From Capsulimonadaceae bacterium (GTDB taxonomy: Bacteria; Armatimonadota; Armatimonadia; Armatimonadales; Capsulimonadaceae): a stretch of 64,000 nt of DNA. The position numbers were made by a program, and so were the translations under genes. This document shows, in pieces, positions 53,897 to 63,558 of this stretch; position 1 is the stretch's first letter, and the number at the start of each line of letters is the position of its first letter. The notes beneath the pieces are model-generated. The model saw only the letters and a program-made list of their open reading frames with translations. It did not search any database and was not told the DNA's origin. Location: positions 3,552,001 through 3,616,000 of the forward strand of contig OZ244065.1 in NCBI GenBank assembly GCA_965215505.1, written 5' to 3'.

Positions 53897-55249
53897 ATGA
53901 ACATCCTCCACGGCGCGCTGCCGCGCCTCCTCGTCTGTGCCTTCGCGCTTGCCGCCGCCGCCGCCCGCGCCGCCGACACGCCGGCCAGCCCCGCGCCGCC
54001 CGCCAATGCGGCCTCGTACCGGCGCGTCGCGGGCGAGGTGGAGACCAACCTCCAGAAGCAGGTGCTGGCGCAGTGGTTCCCGCGCGCCCTGGACCCGGCG
54101 GGCGGCTTCTACCAGAACTACGGCGAGGACTGGACGCGCGGAGCCGCGAACGACAAGGCCATCGTCTACCAGTCGCGCCTGACCTGGGTGGCGGCCCAGG
54201 CCGCCCTGCGCTACCCGGCCCAGGCGGAGGCCTACCGCGCGGACGCCCGGCACGGCCTGGACTTCCTGGCCGGTCCGATGACCGACAAACAGGACGGCGG
54301 GCTGTACTGGGGCCTGGATGACAGGGGCGCACCCGTCCGGGGCGGCGAGAAGCACGCCTACGGCATCTCGTTCGCCATCTACGCCGCCTGCGGCGAGTAT
54401 TCGGCCACGCACGACGCGAAGGCTCTGGATTTCGCCAAGACCGCCTACCGGTGGCTGGACTCGCACGCGCACGACCCGAAGAACGGCGGCTATTACGAGG
54501 CCCTGACGCGGGCGGGCAAGCCGGTCCTGACGATCACCGACGCCGCCCAGCCGAATGACGAGATCGGGACGCGCTACGGCTTCAAGACGATGAACACGCA
54601 CATCCACCTGCTGGAGTCGCTGTCCGCCCTGTACGCGGTCTGGCCGGATGCGGGCCTGCGGGCGCGTCTGGAAGAGATGTTCGCCCTGGTCCGGGACAAG
54701 GTCGCCGTCGAGTCGGTCGGCTGCCTGAACTACCAGTTCACGCCCGAGTGGCAGCCGCTGCCGGACCACGACTCGTTCGGCCACGATGTCGAGACCGCGT
54801 ATCTGCTGACCGAAGCCTCCGCCGTTTTGGGCCGGCCCGAGGATGCCCGGACGTGGGCCTTGGCCCGAGGCATCGTGGACCACGCCCTGGACTTCGGCTT
54901 CGACGCGGATAGCGGCGGCTTCTACGACTCCGGCTCGGTCTTCGGCAGCGCGCCCTACACGACCGACAAGATCTGGTGGGTGCAGGCGGAGGGCCTGAAC
55001 GCCCTGCTGCTGATGCACGCGCGCTACGGCAAAGAAACGCCGCGCTACTGGGCGGCGTTTAATCGCCAGTGGGCGTTCATCCAGAACCATCAGATAGACG
55101 CCGCGCGGGGCGGCTGGTACGCCACCGTCACGCGCGAGGGGGCGGCCTTCCCCGGCCGCGCCAAGAGCGACGGCTGGACGGAGGCGTACCACCAGGGCCG
55201 CGCCCTGCTGAACGTCTCCGCCGACCTGCGTAAGCTGGCGGGGGACTAG
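53897..55249 (+). CDS. AGE-family epimerase (cellobiose 2-epimerase-like) with signal peptide, probably leaderless
   Basis: KTMNTHIHLLE, SFGHDVE, KIWWVQAE, YHQGRA; TATAAT ends 6 nt before ATG. Confidence 0.88.
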   Translation: MNILHGALPRLLVCAFALAAAAARAADTPASPAPPANAASYRRVAGEVETNLQKQVLAQWFPRALDPAGGFYQNYGEDWTRGAANDKAIVYQSRLTWVAAQAALRYPAQAEAYRADARHGLDFLAGPMTDKQDGGLYWGLDDRGAPVRGGEKHAYGISFAIYAACGEYSATHDAKALDFAKTAYRWLDSHAHDPKNGGYYEALTRAGKPVLTITDAAQPNDEIGTRYGFKTMNTHIHLLESLSALYAVWPDAGLRARLEEMFALVRDKVAVESVGCLNYQFTPEWQPLPDHDSFGHDVETAYLLTEASAVLGRPEDARTWALARGIVDHALDFGFDADSGGFYDSGSVFGSAPYTTDKIWWVQAEGLNALLLMHARYGKETPRYWAAFNRQWAFIQNHQIDAARGGWYATVTREGAAFPGRAKSDGWTEAYHQGRALLNVSADLRKLAGD

Positions 55250-56304
55250 GCCCCCAGATACGCCGCCGCCTTCTCGGTGTCCACCTGCCAAATGCACCGC
55301 GATAGGTACGGCTTGAAGCCCAGGGCGTGGTTGATGCCGAGCATCGCCGCGTTCGAGTCGGCATTGCTGGTGCGGACGAACTGCGCCTCGGGCCGCTCCC
55401 GCAGGACGCGGTCCAGCATCGCCGCCTTCAGCCACCGGCCAAGCCCCAGGCCCCGGAAGTCGGGGAAAACGCCCGTCGCGCCCTGGCCCACGACGAGGGG
55501 CCGGTTCGGGTTCCAGAAGACTTCGGTGAAGCCCGCGAACCGGCCCGTCGCGGCCTCGGCGGCATAAAGGCTCCAGCGCTGGGTCCCGGACGCTACCATC
55601 CCCTGCTCCATCTGCCGCAGGTGTTCCGCCGTGAAGTGCATGTCCTCCACATCCAGCTTCTCGCGCGGGGCCGTGTTCATCACCTCGTTCAAAGCGGCGA
55701 TGGCCTCCAATTGGTCCTCGGGGTACGGGCCGTCCCAGAAGCCCAGGGTGAAGCCCGATGCCCGCTCCTGCCCCGCCTCCTGCCACCGCGCGACCAGGCC
55801 CCGGTCCAGGTCGGCCAGCGCGAGCTGGTTGGTGTGGTCTTCCATCCCGCGCTCCGCCCCGACGCGCTCCATGAAGGCCGCCCCGGCGGGGACGCGCTCG
55901 TTGGTGTCGGTCATCATCAGCCGCCGCCCCTCGGCCCGCGCCGCGCCGACGGCCAGCCGCAGCAGCTCGCGCCCGACGCCCCGGCGGCGGTATTCGGGGT
56001 CCACGCTGATCTCGAACTGGGCCAGGTGCCTGTTCTCCTCGGTCTTCAGGAACGAGACGACCAGGCTCGCCAGCATCTCCGCGCCGTCCGCGCTCCACCC
56101 GGCCCAGGGGTACACGGCGACGAACGGCGGGATGTTCCGCAGCCGCGCCATGGTTTCTTCCAGCGGCGTGGGCGGGTCGTCCGGCAGCGTCTCGGCGCGG
56201 GCGCGGTTGAAGTGGCGGTTCAGGGCGGCGTACTCGGCGTCGCTCGCGGCGGCCAGGTCGAACGGGCGGATGGTGACGGGCAGTGCGGCGGGCGTCGTGG
56301 TCAT
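55246..56304 (-). CDS. Tandem GNAT acetyltransferase
   Basis: VDPEYRRRGVG and VFPDFRGLGLG; NAAMLGINHALGF. Confidence 0.88.
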   Translation of the reverse strand: MTTTPAALPVTIRPFDLAAASDAEYAALNRHFNRARAETLPDDPPTPLEETMARLRNIPPFVAVYPWAGWSADGAEMLASLVVSFLKTEENRHLAQFEISVDPEYRRRGVGRELLRLAVGAARAEGRRLMMTDTNERVPAGAAFMERVGAERGMEDHTNQLALADLDRGLVARWQEAGQERASGFTLGFWDGPYPEDQLEAIAALNEVMNTAPREKLDVEDMHFTAEHLRQMEQGMVASGTQRWSLYAAEAATGRFAGFTEVFWNPNRPLVVGQGATGVFPDFRGLGLGRWLKAAMLDRVLRERPEAQFVRTSNADSNAAMLGINHALGFKPYLSRCIWQVDTEKAAAYLGA

Positions 56305-56590
56305 GGGGGCAGGTTCCCTTCGGGCAGTAGGATGGCGTTCAGTTCGCCCGCCGGGGCGGGTTTTCCTGCACACGGGCAGCGGCGTTTCGTTCCAGCCCGG
56401 CGCAGCGGTCCGGCCCTTCAGGGCCGGGACCTAATCCGCGCGTGCCGGGACATGCCGGGCCGGGACCCGCACGCGCGCCGGGACCCACGGCAGGTCCTTT
56501 TTGTCGCCCTCCCCTAGACAGTCCTATCGCGAGTATGATACACTGTGCCTAGCAGACCGCAGCACCCCTGACCGCAAGGAGAATCCAGCA

Positions 56591-57490
56591 ATGCCGACCG
56601 CCATGCTCACCGACGAACAGGTCCAGTCCTTCCGCGAGAACGGCTTCCTCAACTACGGGCGCGTCCTGACCGACGAACAGCTCCAGGCGCTGCGCGAGTC
56701 GCTGGGCCGCGTCCTCTCCGGCGAGAGCGAGGCATCGCCCGAGGCCATGAACAACATCGGCGGCGGCGCGGACTCGGTCGTCACCCAGGTCGTCAACATG
56801 TGGGAGGCCGAACCCGCCTTCCGCGACCACCTCTACAACGAAACCATCGTGCCGATGGCCGCGCAGCTCATGGGCACCGACACCGTCCGCGTCTGGCACG
56901 ACCAGATGCAGCTCAAGCCCGCCCACATCGGCGGGCCGACGATCTGGCACCAAGACCACCCCTACTGGCCCGTCATCCAGCCCGCCGACCTCGTCAGCGC
57001 CTGGGTCGCTTTGGAGGACGCCACGGCGGAGAACGGCGCGATGAGCATGGTCCGCCGCAGCCACCTGTGGGGCCAGTACAACGGCGGCACGGTGGGGATC
57101 AACCCGGACTATTCGCCCGCCCACGACCCCGCCTTCATCCCCGAGGGCGAGACGGTCGAGGTGGTGTCCTGCGAGGTGCCTGCGGGCGGGGTCGTTTTCC
57201 ACCACTGCCGGACCTGGCACGGCGCTCCGGCCAACCACTCGGGCAACCCGCGCCCGGCCATCGCCGTCCACTACATGCCCGGCTGGACCCGGTATGAGCC
57301 GTCGGACCGGACGCACATGGTGGAGCATCACATCCACGTCAAGCCGGGCGAGACACTGGTGGGCGACCACTTCCCGACGGTGATGGAGGCGGGGAAGATG
57401 GAACCCACCCCGGCGCAAGCGCCGACCCTCCCGCCCCTGCTCGCAGGGCCTCGGCAGCGGGTACAACGGGAAGGTGGGGTGAGAAGGTAG
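56591..57490 (+). CDS. PhyH-family Fe(II)/2-oxoglutarate dioxygenase
   Basis: FRENGF, WHQD, SAWVALED, TWHG; C-terminus supplied by an inverted-repeat arm. Confidence 0.9.
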   Translation: MPTAMLTDEQVQSFRENGFLNYGRVLTDEQLQALRESLGRVLSGESEASPEAMNNIGGGADSVVTQVVNMWEAEPAFRDHLYNETIVPMAAQLMGTDTVRVWHDQMQLKPAHIGGPTIWHQDHPYWPVIQPADLVSAWVALEDATAENGAMSMVRRSHLWGQYNGGTVGINPDYSPAHDPAFIPEGETVEVVSCEVPAGGVVFHHCRTWHGAPANHSGNPRPAIAVHYMPGWTRYEPSDRTHMVEHHIHVKPGETLVGDHFPTVMEAGKMEPTPAQAPTLPPLLAGPRQRVQREGGVRR

Positions 57491-57692
57491 TTGAGAGGTT
57501 TGGCGGGGTGATTAGGGGGCAGTACGGTTAAGGGTGCTGTTCGGCCGTGTTCGCGGACCCTTGACAGGGCAGCCCCCCACTCGTCCCACCACACCCCCCG
57601 ATCACCCTCCCAGTCCACCCTCCCGTTGTACCCGCTGCCGAGGCCCTGCGAGCAGGGGCGGGAGGGTCGGCGCTCGCGCCGGGGTGGGTTCC
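57400..57692. repeat. 293-bp element with 78-bp terminal inverted repeats
   Basis: 57400-57477 versus 57615-57692, near-perfect reverse complements. Confidence 0.9.
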
Positions 57693-57715
57693 CGGCACAC
57701 CGAAGAGGCCACCCG

Positions 57716-58516
57716 ATGACTACGACGCCGTTCTCTTACCTCCAAAAGACCTTCGCCCTCGACCAAGTGGGCGAGATGGCCGGGGCTATCCGCGAAGACG
57801 GCTTCGCGCTCGTCCCCGGCGTCCTGTCCGCCGAGGAGGTGGCCGCGCTGCGGGAGGCGACCGACCGGCTCCGGCCCTTCGGGCTGGACCACAGCAGCCC
57901 GGCGGGCGACCACTACAAGTGCGTCTTCAACCGCGAGCGGGTCTTCCTGGACCAGATCGACCGGCCCGGCATCGTGGATCTGGCCGAGAAGACGATGGGC
58001 GACCAGTGCCACATCATCGGCGAAACCGCCTGGCGGTCGCGGCCCGGCCATGACGGCTGGGCACCCCACGCCGACCAGGTCTGGGTGACATTCCCCGAGT
58101 CGAACTTCGGCGACCCCGCGTTCGAGCTGCCGGTCTACGTCTGCACCGCCCACTACTACCTCAGCGACATCCCCACCGAGGCCCACAGCCCGACCTACGT
58201 CATCCCCGGCAGCCACAAGTCGGGGCGGGGCATCGGGTGGGGCGCGGACCCGAACCCGGCCTGGCACGGCAAGACGCTGGAGCCGGTCTTGGTGAAGGCG
58301 GGCGACGTGCTGTTCTTCCGCAGCGAGATCTGGCATTCGGGCAGCAAAAACACCTCGGACACGACGCGCTACCTCCTGCAAGTGCATTACTCGCACCGCT
58401 TCATCAGCCAGAAGTTCTCGCCGTGGCCGTTCCAGTACAACCCGGAGATCCTGGCGGTCGCCAACGAGCGGCAACTGCGTCTACTAGGTAAGCACCCCGA
58501 ATCGAGCTACGGCTGA
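57716..58516 (+). CDS. PhyH-family dioxygenase
   Basis: IREDGF, PHAD, IPGSHK, IWHSG. Confidence 0.88.
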   Translation: MTTTPFSYLQKTFALDQVGEMAGAIREDGFALVPGVLSAEEVAALREATDRLRPFGLDHSSPAGDHYKCVFNRERVFLDQIDRPGIVDLAEKTMGDQCHIIGETAWRSRPGHDGWAPHADQVWVTFPESNFGDPAFELPVYVCTAHYYLSDIPTEAHSPTYVIPGSHKSGRGIGWGADPNPAWHGKTLEPVLVKAGDVLFFRSEIWHSGSKNTSDTTRYLLQVHYSHRFISQKFSPWPFQYNPEILAVANERQLRLLGKHPESSYG

Positions 58517-58533
58517 GGCCGATTGGAGACCAA

Positions 58534-59769
58534 ATGACCTCTTTCCGCAAACCAGCAGCCATCGCCGCCGTGATGGCCGCGTTCTCCCTCTGCCTCTGCG
58601 CGGGGCCGGGCCGGGCGGCGGACCCGTTCATCCCCGGCGCGTACCTCTGGACGCAGGCCCATGACGCCGACCTCAAAGGGACGGCGGGGCAGGGCAACGG
58701 CGACTGGGCCGCCTACAAGTCGTGGCTCGGCGTGCCCGCGCTGGCCGTCGAGTCCGACGCGGGGTGGGGGCCGGGCGACTGGTACGATAGCTCGCAGCAC
58801 GTCAACTGGAACGCCCCGTGGGGGACGATGCAGCAGCGGCAGGGGGCGGCCCTCCCGGTCGTCATGCTGGGCATCGCCCAGATGCCCTCGGACCCGAACG
58901 CCAATGACCCGTGGGAGAAGAAGCTGGCCTGGGAGGACAAGACCTGGCAGCTCGAGGCCGACGGCGACCCCGCGACCATGGCCTACTTCGCGACCTACGC
59001 CCAGGAGCTGGACAAAGGCTCGACCGGCTTCGGCGCGTTCAGGAGCGTCATCATCCGCCTGGGCTACGAGTTCGACGGCGGCTGGAACCCCTTCGGCAAC
59101 CTCAACGCCATGTCCAAGATGCCCGGCAACTACATCCAGGCCTGGCGCAACATCGTCAAGACCATGCGCGCCAACGACCCCAAGCACGTCATCAAGGGCT
59201 TCTGCTGGAACCCCACCGACGGGAATGTCCAGATTGACCAGTTCGCCTACTATCCGGGCGACGACTCTGTGGACTACATCGGGTTTGACGAGTACGATTT
59301 CGGCTACAACGGCGACTACAAGGTGACCGCCGAGCAGCCCACCCAGGCCCAGCAGGACGCCGCCTGGAAGGACATGGAGCTGCCCCGCATCAACCGCTTC
59401 GCGGACTTCTCCAGGGCGCACGGCAACAAGCCGGTCGTCGTGGGCGAGTGGGGCCTGTGGCAGCTCAATGACAAGAGCCACCCGAGCGGCGGCGACAACC
59501 CCTCTTACATCCGCCGGATGCACGACTGGATGGCGGACCCCAGGAACCACGTCTATCTGGAGGTCTACTTCGAGACGCCCTCCGACGGCGTCTCCCAGCT
59601 CTGGCCGGGCGGCAGGAACGGGGGCTGGCACCACGGGACGACGTTCCCGAAGTCCGCGGCCCTGTACCGGACGCTGTTCGGCGCGGCCTCCTACGCGCCG
59701 CCGGTCAAGAAGCCGGTCGTCAAAGCCGCGCCGCCGAAGGCCAAACGCGCGAGGGCCAAACGGCGATGA
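58534..59769 (+). CDS. Secreted GH26-like glycoside hydrolase
   Basis: Signal peptide; RLGYEFDGGW, YYPGDDSVDYIGFDEYD, KPVVVGEWG. Confidence 0.85.
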   Translation: MTSFRKPAAIAAVMAAFSLCLCAGPGRAADPFIPGAYLWTQAHDADLKGTAGQGNGDWAAYKSWLGVPALAVESDAGWGPGDWYDSSQHVNWNAPWGTMQQRQGAALPVVMLGIAQMPSDPNANDPWEKKLAWEDKTWQLEADGDPATMAYFATYAQELDKGSTGFGAFRSVIIRLGYEFDGGWNPFGNLNAMSKMPGNYIQAWRNIVKTMRANDPKHVIKGFCWNPTDGNVQIDQFAYYPGDDSVDYIGFDEYDFGYNGDYKVTAEQPTQAQQDAAWKDMELPRINRFADFSRAHGNKPVVVGEWGLWQLNDKSHPSGGDNPSYIRRMHDWMADPRNHVYLEVYFETPSDGVSQLWPGGRNGGWHHGTTFPKSAALYRTLFGAASYAPPVKKPVVKAAPPKAKRARAKRR

Positions 59770-61130
59770 CGCATGGAAAGAACTGGCTCCTCCTCGCCGC
59801 CGCCCTCCTGGCCTCCTGCGGGTCCGCGCGGGCACAGGCGCAACTATTGAGCGCAATCCCGCGCAGCATCACGGCGCGGGACTTCGCCGACACCTTCGGC
59901 GTCAACGTCCACTTCGGCGAGAACGGCTACCGGGACGTGCAGGCCGTCGCCGACGCCATGAACCTCATCGGCTTCTCGCGGGTGCGTGGGAGCTGCGTCA
60001 GCGCCTCCGAGGTCGCCGCCTGGAAGGCGCTGGCGGGCAGAGCGCGCCGCCATTTCCCGGCGGGGCTGAAGGCCGACGTCCTCATCGGCGGCTACCTGAA
60101 CGCGCCCGGCGTGACATTGGCGGGCCAGGAAGCGCTCGTCCCCCAGCTCGGCGGCCTGGTCGAGAGCGTGGAAGGGCCAAACGAGATCAACAACTACTCC
60201 GTCGGGCACGGGACGCACGGGCCGGGCGACTTTTCCGACCGGACGGAAAGCTTCGCCGACAACTCCGTGGCGTGGGCCAGGGCGCTGTATGACTGGCGCA
60301 AAAGCACTCCCGCCCTGTCCGGAGTCCGGCTGTTCGGGCCGACCATCGCCAGCGGCGACCCCAAAGACTACGCCGCCCTGCCGGACATTTCCCCCTTTGT
60401 AGATGCCGGCAGCGTCCACTTCTACGCCGGGAACGGCCGCCAGCCTTCCGGCTTCGGCGGGGGCAATTTCGCGGCCATTTACCGCTGGTGCCGGGCATCG
60501 GCCACACCTGGGAAAAGCCTCGCGCTCACCGAATGGGGGCAGACGACGGCGGGCCGGCCCGGACAGGGCGGGTGCGACGAGGCGACGCAGGCGCGGTACG
60601 TCCTGAACCAGATGTTCGATGCGGTGGCAGTCGGCGCGAGCCGGGCCTACTTCTATCAGCTCATGGACGACACCCCGGACGGCGACCCGACCGGCGCGGG
60701 CGGCTCCGAGTCGCATTTCGGGCTGTTCGACTACAAGTGGCGTCCGAAGCCCGCCGCACTGGCGCTCGCGAACGTCAAGACCCTGCTGGCCGACACGTCC
60801 GCCCGCCCCGCGCCCCGTGTCCCGGCGTACCGCGTCAGCGGCGTCACGAGTCCGGGGGCGGCGGGCGACTGCCTCGCGGTCAGCAAAGGCGGCGGCACGG
60901 TCCTCGTCGTCTGGAACGAGCCGCCGATCTGGGACCCTAAGAGCAACCGCACCGTCGCGCCGCCCGCCGACGCGGTGACGGTGGACTTCGGCGGCGTCTA
61001 CTCGTACCAGGTCTATGACCCGCTGCTGGGCGTGAGCGCCATCGCGGCGGGCCGTGGCCCGAGCGTCAGCGTCAACGTCACCGGCTCCCCCATCCTGGTA
61101 CGGATCATCCCGACGAAAGGCTACCAATGA
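59766..61130 (+). CDS. Secreted clan-A-like glycoside hydrolase
   Basis: Signal peptide; FGVNVH, EGPNE, TEWG, YQLMD, HFGLF. Confidence 0.7.
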   Translation: MTHGKNWLLLAAALLASCGSARAQAQLLSAIPRSITARDFADTFGVNVHFGENGYRDVQAVADAMNLIGFSRVRGSCVSASEVAAWKALAGRARRHFPAGLKADVLIGGYLNAPGVTLAGQEALVPQLGGLVESVEGPNEINNYSVGHGTHGPGDFSDRTESFADNSVAWARALYDWRKSTPALSGVRLFGPTIASGDPKDYAALPDISPFVDAGSVHFYAGNGRQPSGFGGGNFAAIYRWCRASATPGKSLALTEWGQTTAGRPGQGGCDEATQARYVLNQMFDAVAVGASRAYFYQLMDDTPDGDPTGAGGSESHFGLFDYKWRPKPAALALANVKTLLADTSARPAPRVPAYRVSGVTSPGAAGDCLAVSKGGGTVLVVWNEPPIWDPKSNRTVAPPADAVTVDFGGVYSYQVYDPLLGVSAIAAGRGPSVSVNVTGSPILVRIIPTKGYQ

Positions 61131-62599
61131 CCGACACCGCCACCGACTACCGCGCCCGCGTCATGGGCTGCTGGCTGGGCAAGGCCGTCGGCGGCACCCT
61201 GGGGATGCCGTTTGAGGGGCAGGACGGGCCTCTAGACGTCGCCTTCTACACGCCCGTTCCCACCGAGATGCTGCCCAACGACGACCTGGATTTGCAGGTG
61301 CTGTGGGCCTGCGTCCTGGACCGCCGGGACCCGGTGCGCGTGGACAGACACGTCCTCGCCCGCGCCTGGCGCGACAACTGCGGTTTCCCGTGGGACGAGT
61401 ACGGGGTCGCCAAGCGCAACCTGGCCGAGGGGCTTGCCCCGCCGCTCTCCGGCTCGTTCGACAACTGGTTCACGCGCGGCATGGGCGCGGCCATCCGCTC
61501 CGAGGTCTGGGCCTGCCTCGCCCCCGGTGACCCGGCTCTGGCGGCCAAGTACGCCTACGAAGACGCCTGCGTGGACCACGCGGGCGAGGGCATCTGGGCG
61601 GAGGTCTTCTTCGCCGCCCTGCAAAGCGCCGCCTTCGCCGAGTCCGACCCGGCCGCGCTTCTGGACCAGGCGGAGGACGCCCTGCCCACGACCAGTGAGG
61701 TCCGGCGGGCCGTCCGCAACACCCGGCGCTGGTGGCGCGAGTCGCACGACTGGCGCACGGTCCGCGAGAAGGTCTTGAAGTATCACGGGCACGAGAACTT
61801 CACCGACATCGTGATGAACGTCGCCTTCACCGTGCTGGGCTGGCTCGCCGGGGCGGGCGATTTCGGGCGATCCATTTGCATCGCCAACAACTGCGGCAAG
61901 GACACCGACTGCACGGCGGCGACGGTCGGGGCACTGCTGGGCATTCTGGACCCCGGCGGCATCCCCGAACGCTGGCTGGCCCCCATCGGGCGCGACCTGG
62001 TCCTCAGCCCGGAGATCGTCGGCATCACCGCCCCCGCAACCCTGGACGGGCTGACCGACCTGATCCTCAGCCTGCGGGCGCGGCTGGATGGACGCGCCCC
62101 GGAGCCGCCGGAGGAAGACGGGCCGGGGCTGGTGCCGCCGCCCGGCCTGGTCGTCCAGGTGGGCTGGACGGAGGCCCTGCCAGAACCCGACTCGCCCACA
62201 CCCGACCTGCCGCCGGGACACGCGCCGCTGACCCTGCCGGGGACGTCCGCCACGCTGCCCGCCGATAAGTTCCGGGGGGAGGTCCTGCTGCTGCGCTACA
62301 CGTTCACTCTCGGCCAGGCCGAAAATGCGCGCGTCCTGTTCAACACGCGCGAGGCCTGCCGGGTCTGGGTGGACGGCGTCTACGCCTTCGGGCGCGAGGG
62401 CGGCCTGATGGCCCCCTCCCTGCACCGGGTCCCGCCGGGGCAGGCGGCGAACCTGGCGCTGGATGCCGGGGAACACGTCCTGCTCGCGGCCCTGCGCCGC
62501 CCGGACGGGGGCCGGGCGGCGGCGGAGTGGGTGGCGGCCATCGGGGACGCCCGCACGAACCAGTGGCTCCCCGGCGTCTTCCGCACCGAACGAGAGTAG
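61127..62599 (+). CDS. ADP-ribosylglycohydrolase-family protein
   Basis: GCWLGKAVGGTLGMPFEG, PNDDLD, GKDTDCTAATVG. Confidence 0.88.
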   Translation: MTDTATDYRARVMGCWLGKAVGGTLGMPFEGQDGPLDVAFYTPVPTEMLPNDDLDLQVLWACVLDRRDPVRVDRHVLARAWRDNCGFPWDEYGVAKRNLAEGLAPPLSGSFDNWFTRGMGAAIRSEVWACLAPGDPALAAKYAYEDACVDHAGEGIWAEVFFAALQSAAFAESDPAALLDQAEDALPTTSEVRRAVRNTRRWWRESHDWRTVREKVLKYHGHENFTDIVMNVAFTVLGWLAGAGDFGRSICIANNCGKDTDCTAATVGALLGILDPGGIPERWLAPIGRDLVLSPEIVGITAPATLDGLTDLILSLRARLDGRAPEPPEEDGPGLVPPPGLVVQVGWTEALPEPDSPTPDLPPGHAPLTLPGTSATLPADKFRGEVLLLRYTFTLGQAENARVLFNTREACRVWVDGVYAFGREGGLMAPSLHRVPPGQAANLALDAGEHVLLAALRRPDGGRAAAEWVAAIGDARTNQWLPGVFRTERE

Positions 62600-62615
62600 A
62601 CCCGAGAGTAAACCC

Positions 62616-63374
62616 ATGATTGATCTGACCGGGAGACACGTCTTCATCGCGGGCGGCAGCCGGGGCATCGGGGCGGCCACGGCGCGGATGGCCGGGGCGG
62701 CGGGCGCGTCCGTCTCGGTGAACTACCGGCACGAACGGGAGGCGGCGGGCGCGGTGGTGGCGCAAATCGAGGCGGCGGGCGGCAGGGCCTTCGCCGTGCG
62801 CGCGGACGTGGCCGAGGACGGCGCATTGGACCAGGCGATGGACGCCGCCGCCCAGTGCCTCGGGCCGCTGAACGGGCTGGTCGTCTCGGCGGGGGTCTTC
62901 GAAGGGGCCGCGCTCCAGGACATGACGGCGGACTTCTGGGACCGGACTCTGGCGATCAACCTGCGCGGGACGTTCCTCGCCGTCCGCGCCGCCGCCCGCC
63001 ATTTCCGGCTGGGCGGCAAGGGCGGCAGCGTCGTCATCTACACGAGTACGGCGGGCCAGCGCGGCAGCGCGGACTACTCGGCCTATGCCACCTCCAAGGG
63101 CGCGCAGATCGTCTTCATGCGCTCGATGGCGCAGGAGCTTGCCGGGGACAGAATCCGGGTCAACTGCATCGCCCCGGCCTGGACCGAGACGGACATGGCC
63201 GCGCCCAGCCTGGAGGCTTTGGGCCGGGACGCGGTGGCGGCGCGCTTTCCCCTGGGCCGGATCGGGCTGCCCGGCGACGTGGCGGGCGCATCCTGTTTCC
63301 TGCTGAGTGACCTGGCCGCCTTCATCACCGGCACGACGATGACGGTGGACGGGGGGATGGACATGCGGGGGTGA
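62616..63374 (+). CDS. SDR family oxidoreductase
   Basis: GGSRGIG, YATSK. Confidence 0.9.
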   Translation: MIDLTGRHVFIAGGSRGIGAATARMAGAAGASVSVNYRHEREAAGAVVAQIEAAGGRAFAVRADVAEDGALDQAMDAAAQCLGPLNGLVVSAGVFEGAALQDMTADFWDRTLAINLRGTFLAVRAAARHFRLGGKGGSVVIYTSTAGQRGSADYSAYATSKGAQIVFMRSMAQELAGDRIRVNCIAPAWTETDMAAPSLEALGRDAVAARFPLGRIGLPGDVAGASCFLLSDLAAFITGTTMTVDGGMDMRG

Positions 63375-63558
63375 GGACCCCCGCCCCCCGCCCCTGCCCC
63401 CGCAAGCGGGAGAGGGGAGTTAGAGGGGCAGGAGTCAGTGGGACAGGAGAACAGACGGGCATTCGGCGGGCATTCCCCTCGCCTCCGCCCTCTTCTCACG
63501 CCCTCTTCTCATGCCCCCCTCTCCCGCTAGCGGGGGAGGGGCGGGGGGCGGGGGTCCT
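63375..63558. repeat. Inverted pair of CCCC..CCCGCAAGCGGGAGAGGGG-type repeats between convergent genes
   Basis: GGACCCCCGCCCCCCGCCC... and ...GGGCGGGGGGCGGGGGTCC. Confidence 0.75.

Noticed and set aside
53030-56098. 1022-aa ORF as a giant SDR fusion
   Set aside because: Only 53030-53821 is SDR-like; the rest overlaps the real epimerase (opposite strand) and GNAT (other frame) genes.
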